A DNA stretch of 64,000 nucleotides from Escherichia coli (GTDB taxonomy: Bacteria > Pseudomonadota > Gammaproteobacteria > Enterobacterales > Enterobacteriaceae). The translations under genes were made by a program, and so were the position numbers. Under the pieces are notes generated by a model, which was not told where the DNA came from, did no database searches, and saw only the letters and a program-made list of their open reading frames with translations. Positions 41,085-53,076 of this stretch are shown here, in pieces. The stretch lies in NCBI RefSeq assembly GCF_024298765.1, contig NZ_CP101210.1; one strand, given 5' to 3'. How positions within the stretch are numbered: position 1 is the stretch's first letter; every line of letters starts with the position of its first letter.

Positions 41085-41561
41085 ATGCAGCAGCTTTCCT
41101 TTCTGCCCGGAGAAATGACAACCAGAGAGCGCAGCCTCATTCTGCGGGCCCTGAAAACCCTGGACCGCCATCTTCATGAACCCGGCGTGGCCTTCACCTC
41201 CACCCGTGCGGCACGGGAATGGCTGATTCTGAACATGGCGGGACTGGAGCGTGAAGAGTTCCGGGTGCTGTATCTGAATAACCAGAATCAGCTGATTGCC
41301 GGTGAAACCCTCTTCACCGGCACCATCAACCGCACGGAAGTCCATCCCCGGGAAGTGATTAAACGCGCCCTGTATCACAATGCCGCAGCCGTGGTGCTGG
41401 CACATAATCACCCGTCCGGTGAAGTCACACCCAGCAAGGCAGACCGGCTTATCACGGAACGTCTGGTACAGGCACTGGGCCTGGTGGATATCCGGGTGCC
41501 GGACCATCTGATAGTCGGTGGCAGCCAGGTTTTCTCCTTTGCCGAACATGGTCTGCTTTAA
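41085..41561 (+). CDS. RadC-like JAB-domain protein (YeeS/YfjY/YkfG family)
   Basis: JAMM-like motif VVLAHNHPSGEVTPSKAD. Confidence 0.8.
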   Translation: MQQLSFLPGEMTTRERSLILRALKTLDRHLHEPGVAFTSTRAAREWLILNMAGLEREEFRVLYLNNQNQLIAGETLFTGTINRTEVHPREVIKRALYHNAAAVVLAHNHPSGEVTPSKADRLITERLVQALGLVDIRVPDHLIVGGSQVFSFAEHGLL

Positions 41562-41623
41562 CCCGTCACAACCACATCACACCTGTTTTCACTTTTATCT
41601 TCTGTCTTCAGAGGTATCCCATT

Positions 41624-41845
41624 ATGAAAATCATCACCCGTGGTGAAGCCATGCGTATTCACCAACAGCATCCTGCATCCCGTCTTTTTCCGTTCTGTAC
41701 CGGCAAATACCGCTGGCACGGCAGCACTGAAACGTATACCGGTCGTGAAGTGCAGGATATTCCCGGTGTGCTGGCCGTGTTTGCTGAACGCCGTAAGGAC
41801 AGTTTTGGCCCGTATGTCCGGCTGATGAGCGTCACTCTGAACTGA
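41624..41845 (+). CDS. DUF987-like small protein (YeeT family)
   Basis: 73 aa, conserved position between the radC-like gene and the toxin-antitoxin pair. Confidence 0.65.
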   Translation: MKIITRGEAMRIHQQHPASRLFPFCTGKYRWHGSTETYTGREVQDIPGVLAVFAERRKDSFGPYVRLMSVTLN

Positions 41846-41863
41846 GTCAGTAAGGGCATTCTG

Positions 41864-42508
41864 ATGAGCAGAATTATCACCACCACCGTGTATACACTGC
41901 ATGAGCTATCCTCCACCGCACAGGAAAAAGCCCGCGACTGGTACCGTCAGCATCATGCTGACAGCAACTGGTATGAAAACGTGTATGAGGACTTCAGGGA
42001 GGTCTGTGGCATTTTCGGAATTGACCTCCGCCAGCGCGTTTTCCGGCTCAGCAACGGCAGGTTTATGGAAGAGCCGTGCATCTGGTTCAGCGGATTCTGC
42101 AGCCAGGGGGACGGAGCCTGTTTTGAAGGGCGCTGGCACTGGCAGCCAGCGACACCCCGGAAAATCAGGGAATATGCCCCTCAGGACCGTGAGCTTCATC
42201 GTATCGCGGATGCCCTGCAGGCGGTACAGAAGCGTAACTTCTGGCAGTTACAGGCTGAAATCAGTCACCGGGGACGTTACTGCCATCCGTACAGCATGGA
42301 TATCACCGTCACCCGGAACAGTCCGACTGGTCAGGCACTGACAGCCGATGCGGAAGCCGCTGTCAGCGAAGCCCTGCGCGACCTGGCCTTCTGGCTGTAC
42401 CGCCAGCTGGAAAACGAGTACGACTGGCTGACCTCAGACGCCGCTGTAGATGAGGCCATTCACATCAATGCATATACCTTCACCGAAGCCGGTCTCCACG
42501 CCGGCTGA
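41864..42508 (+). CDS. Hypothetical protein (no counterpart recognised in canonical CP4 modules)
   Basis: 214-aa ORF between the DUF987 gene and the antitoxin gene. Confidence 0.4.
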   Translation: MSRIITTTVYTLHELSSTAQEKARDWYRQHHADSNWYENVYEDFREVCGIFGIDLRQRVFRLSNGRFMEEPCIWFSGFCSQGDGACFEGRWHWQPATPRKIREYAPQDRELHRIADALQAVQKRNFWQLQAEISHRGRYCHPYSMDITVTRNSPTGQALTADAEAAVSEALRDLAFWLYRQLENEYDWLTSDAAVDEAIHINAYTFTEAGLHAG

Positions 42509-42557
42509 CCTGTCATCGTTAAACTATCATTCACCGATTTTCTGTGAGGACTTTATC

Positions 42558-42932
42558 GTGTCAGACACGCTCCATGAAACAAATTATCCCGACGACAACA
42601 ACGACCGCCCCTGGTGGGGGCTACCCTGCACCGTGACGCCCTGTTTCGGGGCACGTCTGGTGCAGGAGGGCAATCAGTTGCATTACCTTGCCGACCGCGC
42701 CGGTATCAGAGGGCAGTTCAGCGACGCGGATGCATACCATCTGGACCAGGCTTTTCCACTGCTGATGAAACAACTGGAACTCATGCTCACCATCGGTGAA
42801 CTGAATCCCCGCCATCAGCATACCGTCACGCTGTATGCCAGAGGGCTGACCTGCGAAGCCGACACCCTCGGCAGCTGTGGTTACGTTTATATGGCTGTTT
42901 ATCCGACACTGGCACCCGCAACCACCTCATAA
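42558..42932 (+). CDS. CbeA/YeeU/YfjZ-family antitoxin
   Basis: GTG start; [59 protein letters not shown]. Confidence 0.8.
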   Translation: MSDTLHETNYPDDNNDRPWWGLPCTVTPCFGARLVQEGNQLHYLADRAGIRGQFSDADAYHLDQAFPLLMKQLELMLTIGELNPRHQHTVTLYARGLTCEADTLGSCGYVYMAVYPTLAPATTS

Positions 42933-42978
42933 CCCCGAATATCTCACCTTTAGCACTACCAGTTACAGAGAACTTAAG

Positions 42979-43356
42979 ATGAAAACATTACCTGACACAC
43001 ACGTACGGGAGGCATCGCGCTGCCCGTCTCCCGTCACCATCTGGCAGACACTGCTCACCCGACTGTTGGACCAGCATTACGGCCTCACACTGAATGACAC
43101 ACCGTTCGCTGATGAACGTGTGATTGAGCAGCATATTGAGGCAGGCATTTCACTGTGCGATGCGGTGAACTTTCTCGTTGAAAAATACGCACTGGTACGT
43201 ACCGACCAGCCAGGATTCAGCGCTTGTACCCGTTCTCAGTTAATAAACAGTATTGATATCCTCCGGGCCCGCCGGGCAACCGGCCTGATGACCCGCAGCA
43301 ACTACAGAATGGTGAACGACATCATCCGGGGTGAACATTCGGAGGCGAAACGATGA
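42979..43356 (+). CDS. CbtA/YeeV/YpjF-family toxin
   Basis: [43 protein letters not shown]...; immediately downstream of the antitoxin. Confidence 0.8.
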   Translation: MKTLPDTHVREASRCPSPVTIWQTLLTRLLDQHYGLTLNDTPFADERVIEQHIEAGISLCDAVNFLVEKYALVRTDQPGFSACTRSQLINSIDILRARRATGLMTRSNYRMVNDIIRGEHSEAKR

Positions 43357-43849
43357 AACTGACTCTGACGCTCGAAGCAGACAGCGTTAACGTGCAGGCA
43401 CTGAACATGGGGCGAATTGTCGTTGACGTCGATGGTATTGACCCCGCTGAGTTGAATAATAAGGTCGCTGAAAACGGTTATTCACTCCGCGTGGTGGATG
43501 CTCCCGAACAGCAGACAACCGACTCTCCACCACCGTTTACTGCCCTTACCGACATACGTTCGTTGCAGTACCGCACATATCACGGAAAAGGACAACGCCT
43601 GGCTGTACTCACTGTCACATCAGACGAATGACTTCGGCGAATCAGAATGGATTCATTTTACAGGTACCGGTTATCTGTTACGTACTGATGCGTGGTCGTA
43701 TCCGGTTCTGCGGCTTAAACGTCTTGGCCTGTCAAAAACGTTCCGTCGTCTGGTTGTCACTCTCATCCGGTGTTATGGCGTCGGTCTCATTCATCTGGCT
43801 GCCAGTGCAGGATGTCTGCCGGGCCTGCCCACTTTCGACTGGTAACTAG
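43353..43849 (+). CDS. YeeW-like protein(s) downstream of the toxin (two ORFs 43353-43631 and 43628-43849, possibly one frameshifted gene)
   Basis: ORFs overlapping by 4 nt in different frames. Confidence 0.4.
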
Positions 43850-43898
43850 GAACGACATGACATCATTAATCACGGAAACGGCGCTGGAAATTCTGATT

Positions 43899-45016
43899 GC
43901 CTAAATAGCTGCGCTTAATACCGCTACACTTTTGCCAGCCCATGTTTGCCTCCGGGGAATGGGCTAACGGTTTCCATAAAATGGCGAACTTTTTTCAACA
44001 GTTGCCACATTGAGCGGCACTGATGATTACGCGTTATTGTGTCGTGAAGTGCCTGCCATAGCCGTTCAACATGATTCACCCATGGCGAGTAAACCGGCTG
44101 ATAAATGACCCTGAACTTCGGGTTCTCCTTCAGCCAGCTCTGTGTTTCCCGGCTTTTGTGGATAATGTAGTTGTCCACGATCAGCGTGATGGTTTTCGCC
44201 CGACGGTATGTCGCTTTAAGCCGTTTCAGCAGGCTGATGAACAGCGCCGAACTTTTGCTGTTGCCGCCCACATAGCTGGCTTTACCTGTCCCGGCGTGAC
44301 CACCCGTTTTTGCTGTCCGCGCAGTTGCCAGTCCGCACCGATTTTGGGATTAAGATGGATATCCACTTCATCTTCATAAAAGACCGGATGCTCTGCGCAG
44401 CATTCGTCCAGTGCTTTATGGATTGCTGCCATCTTTTCATCTTTATGCGGGTCACGGATACGCAGAGTTGGCGCAGCCCTTCGCCACACAATCCCCGCAG
44501 ACGGCAACCAGCGGCGAACGGTTCCGGCATTTAACTGGCAACCGGTTATCTCATTGATTTTTATTGCCAGCAGTTCTGTACTCCAGCGTGAACGCTGGTA
44601 GCCAAAGTCGCCGGGAGAATGTTTTACCAGCTCACGTAACAGTGTGCAGATATGCTCAAACGGCCAGCGACGGGCACGCCCGGCAGGTAATGATTTCAGT
44701 CCCTCAACACCCGACTGCGTGAACCAGTTAATCCAGCGTCCAACAGAGGAACGGGCGCAGCAGAGCGTTCTGGCAACGTCGCTGACACGGTCGCCCCGGT
44801 GCAGCATCAGCATGGCAGTCAGTCTGCGGGCATAATTTTTATCGTGTGTTTTATGGATGGCTTTCTGCATCAGGCGTCGTTCGTCACGGGAAATTGGTGC
44901 TATGATCGGCATTGCTCAGTCCGGTTGGTGATTTGTTTTGATTTGGCGATTGATCAGATCGCACAATCCGGGCTGAGTTCCCTCAAAGTGATCTACTATT
45001 CCGCGCAGCTATTTAG
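43899..45016 (-). mobile_element. IS630 insertion sequence; transposase split by a frameshift (ORFs 44226-44912 and 43924-44271)
   Basis: Terminal inverted repeats CTAAATAGCTGCGC (43901-43914) and GCGCAGCTATTTAG (45003-45016); translation matches the IS630 transposase (MPIIAPISRDERRLMQKAIHKTHDKNYARRL...). Confidence 0.85.
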
Positions 45017-45029
45017 CTGCAGAACAATA

Positions 45030-47407
45030 GTAAGCGTCAACGGAGCACCGTATTGACGCTTATTTATTGGTGAGAACTACGTTCCATGGCAGGAGTTCGT
45101 CAACACGGTTGGAGGGCCATTCCGGCAGTACGCTCAGAATATGGCGCAGATACGCTTCCGGATCGATACCGTTCAGACGGCAGGTGCCGATCAGCCCGTA
45201 CAGCAGTGCTCCACGCTCGCCGCCGTGATCGCTACCGAAGAACACGTAATTTTTCTTTCCGAGACAGACTGCACGAAGCGCTCTTTCCGCTGTGTTATTG
45301 TCCGCTTCTGCCAAACCATCATCACTGTAATAACAGAGGGCGTCCCACTGATTCAGTACATAGCTGAACGCTTCGCCCAGTCTGGATTTTTTCGACAGCG
45401 TGCCATTCTTCTCCACCATCCATTCATGCAGCGACGTCAGTAACGCTTTGCTTCGCTGCTGCCTGACTGCAAGACGCTCTGACTCTGGTAATCCCCGTAT
45501 TTCATCCTCGATGGCGTACAGTTCACTGATTCGCTTCAGGGCTTCTTCTGCCATCGCACTTTTGCTGCTGATGTATACATCGTGGATTTTTCTCCGGGCA
45601 TGAGCACAGCACGCAACTTCTGTCAGCGCACCACCTTCGCGTTCTGCACTGAACAGCCTGTCGTAACCTGTGAACGCATCCGCCTGCAGGATACCCCGGA
45701 AGGGGCGGAGGTGTTGCTCCGGGTGTTTCCCCTGCCTGTTCGGTGAGTACGCGAACCAGACCGCCGGAGGAGATGACGAACCCGCATTGCGATCATCCCG
45801 GACATACGTCCAGATGCGCCCTGTTTTCGTCTTTTTCAGGCCCGGTGCCAGTACCTTTACCGGTGTGTCGTCAGTGTGAAGCTTGCGGGTATTCATCACA
45901 TAACGATACAGGGCATCATTCAGCGGCGTCATTAACTGGCAGCACGCGTCAACCCAGTTGGAGAGTAATGCACGGCTCAGTTCGACACCCTGTCGGGCAA
46001 AGATTTCACTCTGACGATACAGTGGCAGGTGTTCGCAGTATTTTCCCGTAAACACGCGGGCAAGTAATCCGGGGCCCGCGATACCACGCTCTATCGCGGC
46101 GGGACGGCGCCGGTGCTTCAACGATGCAGTCACATTTTGTACAGGCTTTTTTTACCCGTTCTGTGCGGATCACTTTCAGAGCGCTGCTCACCAGTTCCAG
46201 TTGTTCTGCACTGACTTCCCCCAGATAATCCAGCTCACCGCCACACTCCGGGCAACAGCTTTCTTCAGACTCCAGACGGTGTATTTCACGGGGAAGGTGT
46301 GCCGGGAACGGACGACGATGGCGCGACTGCCGCAACTGGCGGGGAACCTGTGGATCGTCTTCCCGCCCACTGTAACGATCGCTGTCCTGTTCGCGTTGTT
46401 TCAGCAGGGCCTCAGCCTGTTCAACTTCACGACGCAGTTTTTCAGAACAGGTACCGAACAGCATCCGGCGCAGTTTTTCTATCTGAGCCCGCAGATGTTC
46501 TATTTCCCGTTCATCTTCTTCGATCTTTTCTTCGGCACGTGCCAGTGCAGAGCGCAGGAAGGTCTTCGTCTCTTCAACCAGACTCAGTTGCTGGTCTTTC
46601 TGACGGAGCTGGCTTTCCAGTTCTGCAATGCGAATGAGGTATTTCTGACTCATGGCCGTTTTTATAATGCGGCCAGGCATTTTTTACAACATTGTCAGTG
46701 AGTTAAGGCGGAATGTTTTTGGCTGACGCCAGTCCAGCTTATCGAGGAGCATTGCCAGTTGCGAGCGGGTAATGGATACCTTACCGTCACGCACCGCAGG
46801 CCAGATAAACTGGCCTTCCTCCAGGCGTTTGGTGAACAGGCACAGACCATCAGCATCGGCCCAGAGTATTTTAACAGTGTCACCCCGTCGGCCACGAAAG
46901 ATAAACAGGTGACCTGAGAAGGGGGTCTCATCCAGCACATGTTGTACCTGTTCTCCCAGACCGTTGAAGGATTTACGCATATCGGTAACGCCGGCCACGA
47001 GCCAGATGCGGGTACCTGATGGGAGTGAGATCATCTTCCCCTCCCGGTCAGTTCACGGATCAACACCGTGAGCAGCTCTGGTGAAGGATTTCCCAGTGTC
47101 ATTTTACCGTAATGGAATAGTTGGAGGCATTCTACGAGAAATACGTCCTTCTCTTTGCCAGAGACGTAGCCATTTAAAAATCAGGTTGTTATCAACGCCA
47201 TGTTCCCGGGCCAGTTGTGCAACATTGGCATTTGGTTTCGAAGCCAGTTCAACCATATGAAGCTTAAATTCATTAGAAAATATCCGGCGCGTCCCAGAGC
47301 GCCAGTCTGTAGGTTTATCCATCAATAGAACTCCGTCTAATTTAGAAGGAGCTCTAATTTAGTCTGCAAGGATCAGGAGTTACAGACGGCATTGGCTTTA
47401 CGCTTAC
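45030..47407 (-). mobile_element. IS66-family element: truncated tnpA (47104-47325), tnpB (46684-47034), tnpC split by frameshift (46006-46680 and 45060-46133)
   Basis: GTAAGCG termini at 45030 and 47407 (reverse complement); TnpB MISLPSGTRIWLVAGVTDMRKSFNGL; TnpC zinc-finger and DDE regions. Confidence 0.8.
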
Positions 47408-47639
47408 GAACAATATCGACTGCGAATCGGGAATTATCTTTGACAACGATGAGGATAAAACAGATTCGGCAGTACTGTTTCCCTGGATTGAACGTGCATG
47501 TCAGGACGTTCGCGAGCTGTGTCAGTTTCAACGTCTGCAAAAGACCCGTACAGATTAACTCCCTGTCCGTACTCATTACACACATACACGTGCCAGCCCC
47601 CACCGGCTGGCGCTTTGCTTTGTATAAAGGAAATAAATA

Positions 47640-48497
47640 ATGTCAGAACCTACTCTCACCAACCCCGAAGTATTAACCGATCATACCGATGTGATTTGCT
47701 CCACCAGTATTGAACGCATCGTCACCGGACGTAATGCGGCGCTGACACAGATTGAAGCATTGCTCCACCAGATTAACGATATTTCGACACAAACCCTCAG
47801 TATCGGCGGAAAAACCGCCCTGGACTGGGTCATGAAACAGGATTTTCGCTGTGGTTGCTGGCTTATGGAGAAGCCTGAAACAGCGATGAAAGCCATTACC
47901 CGCAATCTCGATCGCGGTAAATGGCGGGATTTAATGAAACGCTCAGGGATGCTGTCGATTATGGACGCTCAGGCCCGTAACCAGTGGTACAACAGCCTAG
48001 AAAAGGATGATATTCCGGTGGTCAGCGAAGCGAATATTCTGAGCACCTTTAAGCAACTGCATTTGAACAAGGGTGAGGTGTTTTAGCGTGGCGTCATTAA
48101 CGTTTTCAAAGGATTAAGCTGGAATTTTAAGACGAATTCGCCCTGCGGGTTTGGAGCGAAAATCATTGTGACGGGACTGGTCAAATTCGACCGGTGGGGA
48201 TTCGGGCTTAACCATGGCTGACAGCGTGACCGGTTAGCAGACCTTGAGCGAATGCTGATGATCCTTGACGGGAAGCCTGTTCCCGACAACCGCGCTGACG
48301 TTACCCGTCGGCTGGGAGACCATATTCATGAAAACCGGCACAGCAACCACTATGAGGATGAGATGTTTGTGATTAAGTATTTTCAGAAGGGAACTGCACA
48401 AATCGTATTCAAGCGACCTGAGCTGATTGATAAGCTGAACAACATCATCGCCCGACACCAATCCGGGAGCACTGCCAGCGAGATGAGAGGTGAGTGA
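47640..48497 (+). pseudogene. Disrupted hypothetical island gene (two ORF fragments 47640-48086 and 48252-48497), likely the terminal gene of the CP4-like module
   Basis: Two same-strand ORFs separated by about 165 bp; adjacent to the tRNA-Asp 3' end. Confidence 0.4.
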
Positions 48498-48617
48498 GTT
48501 GTCTGAAGCTATTTCAGGTGAGCCAGTGCAAGCCGGACGGCAATGGCATACTGGATGGCATACCGAAAAAACAAGCATATAAAAGGCCATGCTAATCAAC
48601 AGCATGGCCTCGAATAG

Positions 48618-48694
48618 TGGCGGAACGGACGGGACTCGAACCCGCGACCCCCTGCGTGACAGGCAGGTATTCTAACCGACTGAACTACCGCTCC
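48618..48694 (-). tRNA. aspV: tRNA-Asp (anticodon GUC)
   Basis: Reverse complement GGAGCGGTAGTTCAGTCGGTTAGAATACCTGCCTGTCACGCAGGGGGTCGCGGGTTCGAGTCCCGTCCGTTCCGCCA. Confidence 0.97.
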
Positions 48695-48826
48695 GCGTTG
48701 TGTTCCGTTGGGAACGAGGCGAATATTACGGATTGCCTCACCCTTCGTCAACGGTTTTTCTCATCTTTTGAATCGTTTGCTGCAAAAATCGCCCAAGTCG
48801 CTATTTTTAGCGCCTTTTACAGGTAT

Positions 48827-49558
48827 TTATGCCCGCCAGAGGCAGCTTCCGCCCTTCTTCTGCACCAGATCGAGACGGGCTTCATGTGCTGCAAGCTCTT
48901 CATCTGTCGCAAAAACAACGCGTAACTTACTTGCCTGACGCACAATGCGCTGAATTGTTGTTTCACCTTGTTGCTGTTGTGTCTCTCCTTCCATCGCAAA
49001 AGCCATCGACGTTTGACCACCGGTCATCGCCAGATAAACTTCCGCAAGGATCTGGGCATCGAGTAATGCCCCATGCAGCGTTCGTTTACTGTTATCTATT
49101 TCGTAGCGGGCACATAACGCATCGAGGCTGTTGCGTTTACCGGGAAACATTTTCCTCGCCACCGCAAGGCTATCGGTGACCTTACAGAAGGTATTGGTCT
49201 TCGGAATATCGCGCTTAAGCAACGAAAACTCGTAGTCCATAAAGCCGATATCAAACGCTGCGTTATGGATCACCAACTCCGCGCCGCGGATATAATCCAT
49301 GAACTCATCGGCTACCTCGGCAAACGTGGGCTTATCGAGCAAAAATTCATCGGCAATACCATGTACGCCAAAGGCTTCCGGATCCACCAGCCGATCGGGT
49401 TTGAGATAAACATGGAAGTTATTGCCCGTCAGGCGACGGTTCACCACTTCAACGGCACCAATCTCAATGATCTTGTGGCCTTCATAGTGCGCACCAATCT
49501 GGTTCATACCGGTGGTTTCGGTATCGAGAACGATCTGGCGTGTAATTGCAGTGCTCAT
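48827..49558 (-). CDS. dnaQ: DNA polymerase III epsilon subunit (3'-5' proofreading exonuclease)
   Basis: [19 protein letters not shown]... exonuclease motifs; divergent from rnhA. Confidence 0.95.
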   Translation of the reverse strand: MSTAITRQIVLDTETTGMNQIGAHYEGHKIIEIGAVEVVNRRLTGNNFHVYLKPDRLVDPEAFGVHGIADEFLLDKPTFAEVADEFMDYIRGAELVIHNAAFDIGFMDYEFSLLKRDIPKTNTFCKVTDSLAVARKMFPGKRNSLDALCARYEIDNSKRTLHGALLDAQILAEVYLAMTGGQTSMAFAMEGETQQQQGETTIQRIVRQASKLRVVFATDEELAAHEARLDLVQKKGGSCLWRA

Positions 49559-49622
49559 AGCGGTCATTTATGTCAGACTTGTCGTTTTACAGTTCGATTC
49601 AATTACAGGAAGTCTACCAGAG

Positions 49623-50090
49623 ATGCTTAAACAGGTAGAAATTTTCACCGATGGTTCGTGTCTGGGTAATCCAGGACCTGGGGGTTACGGCGCTATTTTA
49701 CGCTATCGCGGACGCGAGAAAACCTTTAGCGCTGGCTACACCCGCACCACCAACAACCGTATGGAGTTGATGGCCGCTATTGTCGCGCTGGAGGCGTTAA
49801 AAGAACATTGCGAAGTCATTTTGAGTACCGACAGCCAGTATGTCCGCCAGGGTATCACCAAGTGGATCCATAACTGGAAAAAACGTGGCTGGAAAACAGC
49901 AGACAAAAAACCAGTAAAAAATGTCGATCTCTGGCAACGTCTTGATGCTGCTCTGGGGCAGCATCAAATCAAATGGGAATGGGTTAAAGGCCATGCCGGA
50001 CACCCGGAAAACGAACGCTGTGATGAACTGGCTCGTGCTGCGGCAATGAATCCCACACTGGAAGATACAGGCTATCAAGTCGAAGTTTAA
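49623..50090 (+). CDS. rnhA: Ribonuclease HI
   Basis: [28 protein letters not shown]..., 155 aa. Confidence 0.95.
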   Translation: MLKQVEIFTDGSCLGNPGPGGYGAILRYRGREKTFSAGYTRTTNNRMELMAAIVALEALKEHCEVILSTDSQYVRQGITKWIHNWKKRGWKTADKKPVKNVDLWQRLDAALGQHQIKWEWVKGHAGHPENERCDELARAAAMNPTLEDTGYQVEV

Positions 50091-50809
50091 GCCTGTGGTT
50101 TACGACATTGCCGGGTGGCACCAACCGCCTGGCGAATTCGCGGTTTATTCTTGCTCTGTTTCATCGGATTTAGCGTTAAAGGAATAGTCCGTTTCCGGGC
50201 AACAATAAGTTGTAAGCAACCAAGCGCAGGAATATGCGCATTCAATAGTTTTCCTCCGTGTTTGTTCCACGGAAGAACGTGGAAACGGCTGGCGTGTAGC
50301 ACTTCAAAATTCAACAAAGAGAGCCAGTCCAGCTGCCGCATCAGAGTGAACATCCGGCTGTTATAGGGCGATGTTTTGCGCAATACCGGCACAAGTTTGC
50401 GTAATCCCATTAAACTGATGGGATTGAAGCCACTAATCACCAGCCAGCCATCATCAATCAGTACCCGATCGGCTTCACGCAATAAACGATGCGGATCAGT
50501 GCACCACGGCAATGTATGTGCCAGTAGACAAACATCAACGGATTTATCGGCAAAAGGAAGATGAAGTGGATCCGCCTGCACCTGGACGGGCATTCCTTGC
50601 GCAGAAACATTCACTTGATGAGAAACCGCGCACGCTTCGCAATTGATTTCTGCGCTTAAATTGCCAATCTTAAGCAGATGAAAACCATACATTTTAGTGA
50701 ACCACGGGTTGAGCTGACGCTCCAGCGCCTTGCGATAAAGCTCTCCCCAGGGCAAATCGCCCCAGCAATCAGGAGCCACGACAGTTTGAGGGACTCTTGC
50801 CGGTTTCAT
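50087..50809 (-). CDS. yafS: SAM-dependent methyltransferase YafS
   Basis: [30 protein letters not shown]...; conserved synteny. Confidence 0.85.
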   Translation of the reverse strand: MKPARVPQTVVAPDCWGDLPWGELYRKALERQLNPWFTKMYGFHLLKIGNLSAEINCEACAVSHQVNVSAQGMPVQVQADPLHLPFADKSVDVCLLAHTLPWCTDPHRLLREADRVLIDDGWLVISGFNPISLMGLRKLVPVLRKTSPYNSRMFTLMRQLDWLSLLNFEVLHASRFHVLPWNKHGGKLLNAHIPALGCLQLIVARKRTIPLTLNPMKQSKNKPRIRQAVGATRQCRKPQA

Positions 50810-50839
50810 CACAACCTTCCGTTTCACACTGAGAGGTAA

Positions 50840-51598
<759 letters not shown>

Positions 51599-51669
51599 TA
51601 AAACTTTCTTGTCATCGGCTCCGTTCGCCGTTATGATCGGTCGTCTTTTAAGCAACTATTGACACACAC

Positions 51670-53028
51670 ATGAAGGCAAAAGCGATATTACTCGCCTCTG
51701 TCCTGCTCGTGGGTTGCCAGAGTACCGGCAACGTTCAACAGCACGCACAGAGCCTTTCTGCAGCTGGTCAAGGGGAAGCAGCAAAGTTTACAAGTCAGGC
51801 ACGATGGATGGACGATGGGACGTCTATCGCGCCAGATGGTGACTTGTGGGCTTTCATTGGCGACGAGCTAAAGATGGGAATTCCGGAAAACGACCGGATT
51901 CGCGAACAGAAACAGAAATATTTACGCAATAAGAGCTATCTCCACGATGTAACTTTACGGGCAGAGCCGTATATGTACTGGATAGCCGGGCAAGTTAAAA
52001 AACGTAACATGCCTATGGAACTGGTACTACTACCCATAGTGGAGAGCGCTTTTGATCCTCACGCAACGTCTGGCGCCAATGCCGCGGGCATCTGGCAGAT
52101 CATTCCGAGCACGGGGCGCAATTATGGTTTGAAACAGACACGCAATTATGACGCGCGTCGCGATGTTGTTGCTTCAACAACTGCCGCGCTGAACATGATG
52201 CAGCGTCTGAACAAGATGTTTGACGGCGACTGGCTTCTGACCGTAGCGGCTTATAACAGCGGCGAAGGTCGGGTCATGAAGGCAATTAAAACGAACAAAG
52301 CGCGTGGGAAATCCACGGACTTCTGGTCGTTACCGTTGCCGCAGGAAACGAAGCAGTACGTGCCTAAAATGCTGGCATTGAGTGATATTCTCAAAAACAG
52401 CAAGCGTTATGGCGTACGTCTGCCAACGACCGATGAAAGCCGTGCTCTGGCGCGTGTGCACCTGAGCAGCCCGGTTGAAATGGCGAAGGTTGCAGATATG
52501 GCGGGGATTTCCGTCAGCAAGCTGAAGACATTCAACGCAGGCGTGAAAGGCTCCACGCTGGGCGCAAGTGGTCCGCAGTACGTGATGGTGCCAAAGAAGC
52601 ATGCAGATCAACTGCGTGAATCTCTGGCTTCAGGCGAAATTGCTGCTGTACAGTCGACGCTGGTTGCCGACAATACGCCGCTTAACAGCCGTGTTTACAC
52701 CGTACGCTCTGGCGACACGCTTTCAAGTATCGCTTCACGTCTCGGCGTAAGCACCAAAGATTTGCAGCAGTGGAACAAACTGCGCGGATCTAAGCTGAAG
52801 CCAGGCCAAAGTTTGACGATTGGTGCAGGCAGTAGCGCACAGCGACTGGCAAACAACAGCGATAGCATTACGTATCGTGTGCGCAAAGGCGATTCGCTTT
52901 CAAGCATTGCTAAACGCCACGGCGTGAACATCAAAGATGTAATGCGCTGGAACAGCGACACTGCGAATCTGCAACCAGGCGATAAGCTGACGTTGTTTGT
53001 GAAAAACAACAACATGCCAGATTCCTGA
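51670..53028 (+). CDS. mltD: Membrane-bound lytic murein transglycosylase D
   Basis: 452 aa; lipoprotein signal (LLVGC), transglycosylase domain, C-terminal LysM repeats. Confidence 0.92.
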   Translation: MKAKAILLASVLLVGCQSTGNVQQHAQSLSAAGQGEAAKFTSQARWMDDGTSIAPDGDLWAFIGDELKMGIPENDRIREQKQKYLRNKSYLHDVTLRAEPYMYWIAGQVKKRNMPMELVLLPIVESAFDPHATSGANAAGIWQIIPSTGRNYGLKQTRNYDARRDVVASTTAALNMMQRLNKMFDGDWLLTVAAYNSGEGRVMKAIKTNKARGKSTDFWSLPLPQETKQYVPKMLALSDILKNSKRYGVRLPTTDESRALARVHLSSPVEMAKVADMAGISVSKLKTFNAGVKGSTLGASGPQYVMVPKKHADQLRESLASGEIAAVQSTLVADNTPLNSRVYTVRSGDTLSSIASRLGVSTKDLQQWNKLRGSKLKPGQSLTIGAGSSAQRLANNSDSITYRVRKGDSLSSIAKRHGVNIKDVMRWNSDTANLQPGDKLTLFVKNNNMPDS

Positions 53029-53042
53029 CAAACCAGATAATA

Positions 53043-53075
53043 AAAAAGGCACCGATTCCCCCGGTGCCTTTTTTA
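53043..53075. terminator. Bidirectional rho-independent terminator between mltD and yafE
   Basis: aaaaaaggcaccgattcccccggtgcctttttt. Confidence 0.7.
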
Positions 53076-53076
53076 T

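Noticed and set aside
39442..41549. Long minus-strand ORFs (285 aa at 39442-40299 and 319 aa at 40590-41549)
   Set aside because: They are antisense to the plus-strand DUF932-like, antirestriction and radC-like genes, which have recognisable family features and correct synteny; high GC produces long spurious antisense frames.
48617..48925. ORF beginning MAERTGLEPATPCVTGRYSNRLNYRS (also at 56842-57078)
   Set aside because: The conserved start is the antisense translation of tRNA-Asp; it appears at both tRNA-Asp copies and is an artefact.
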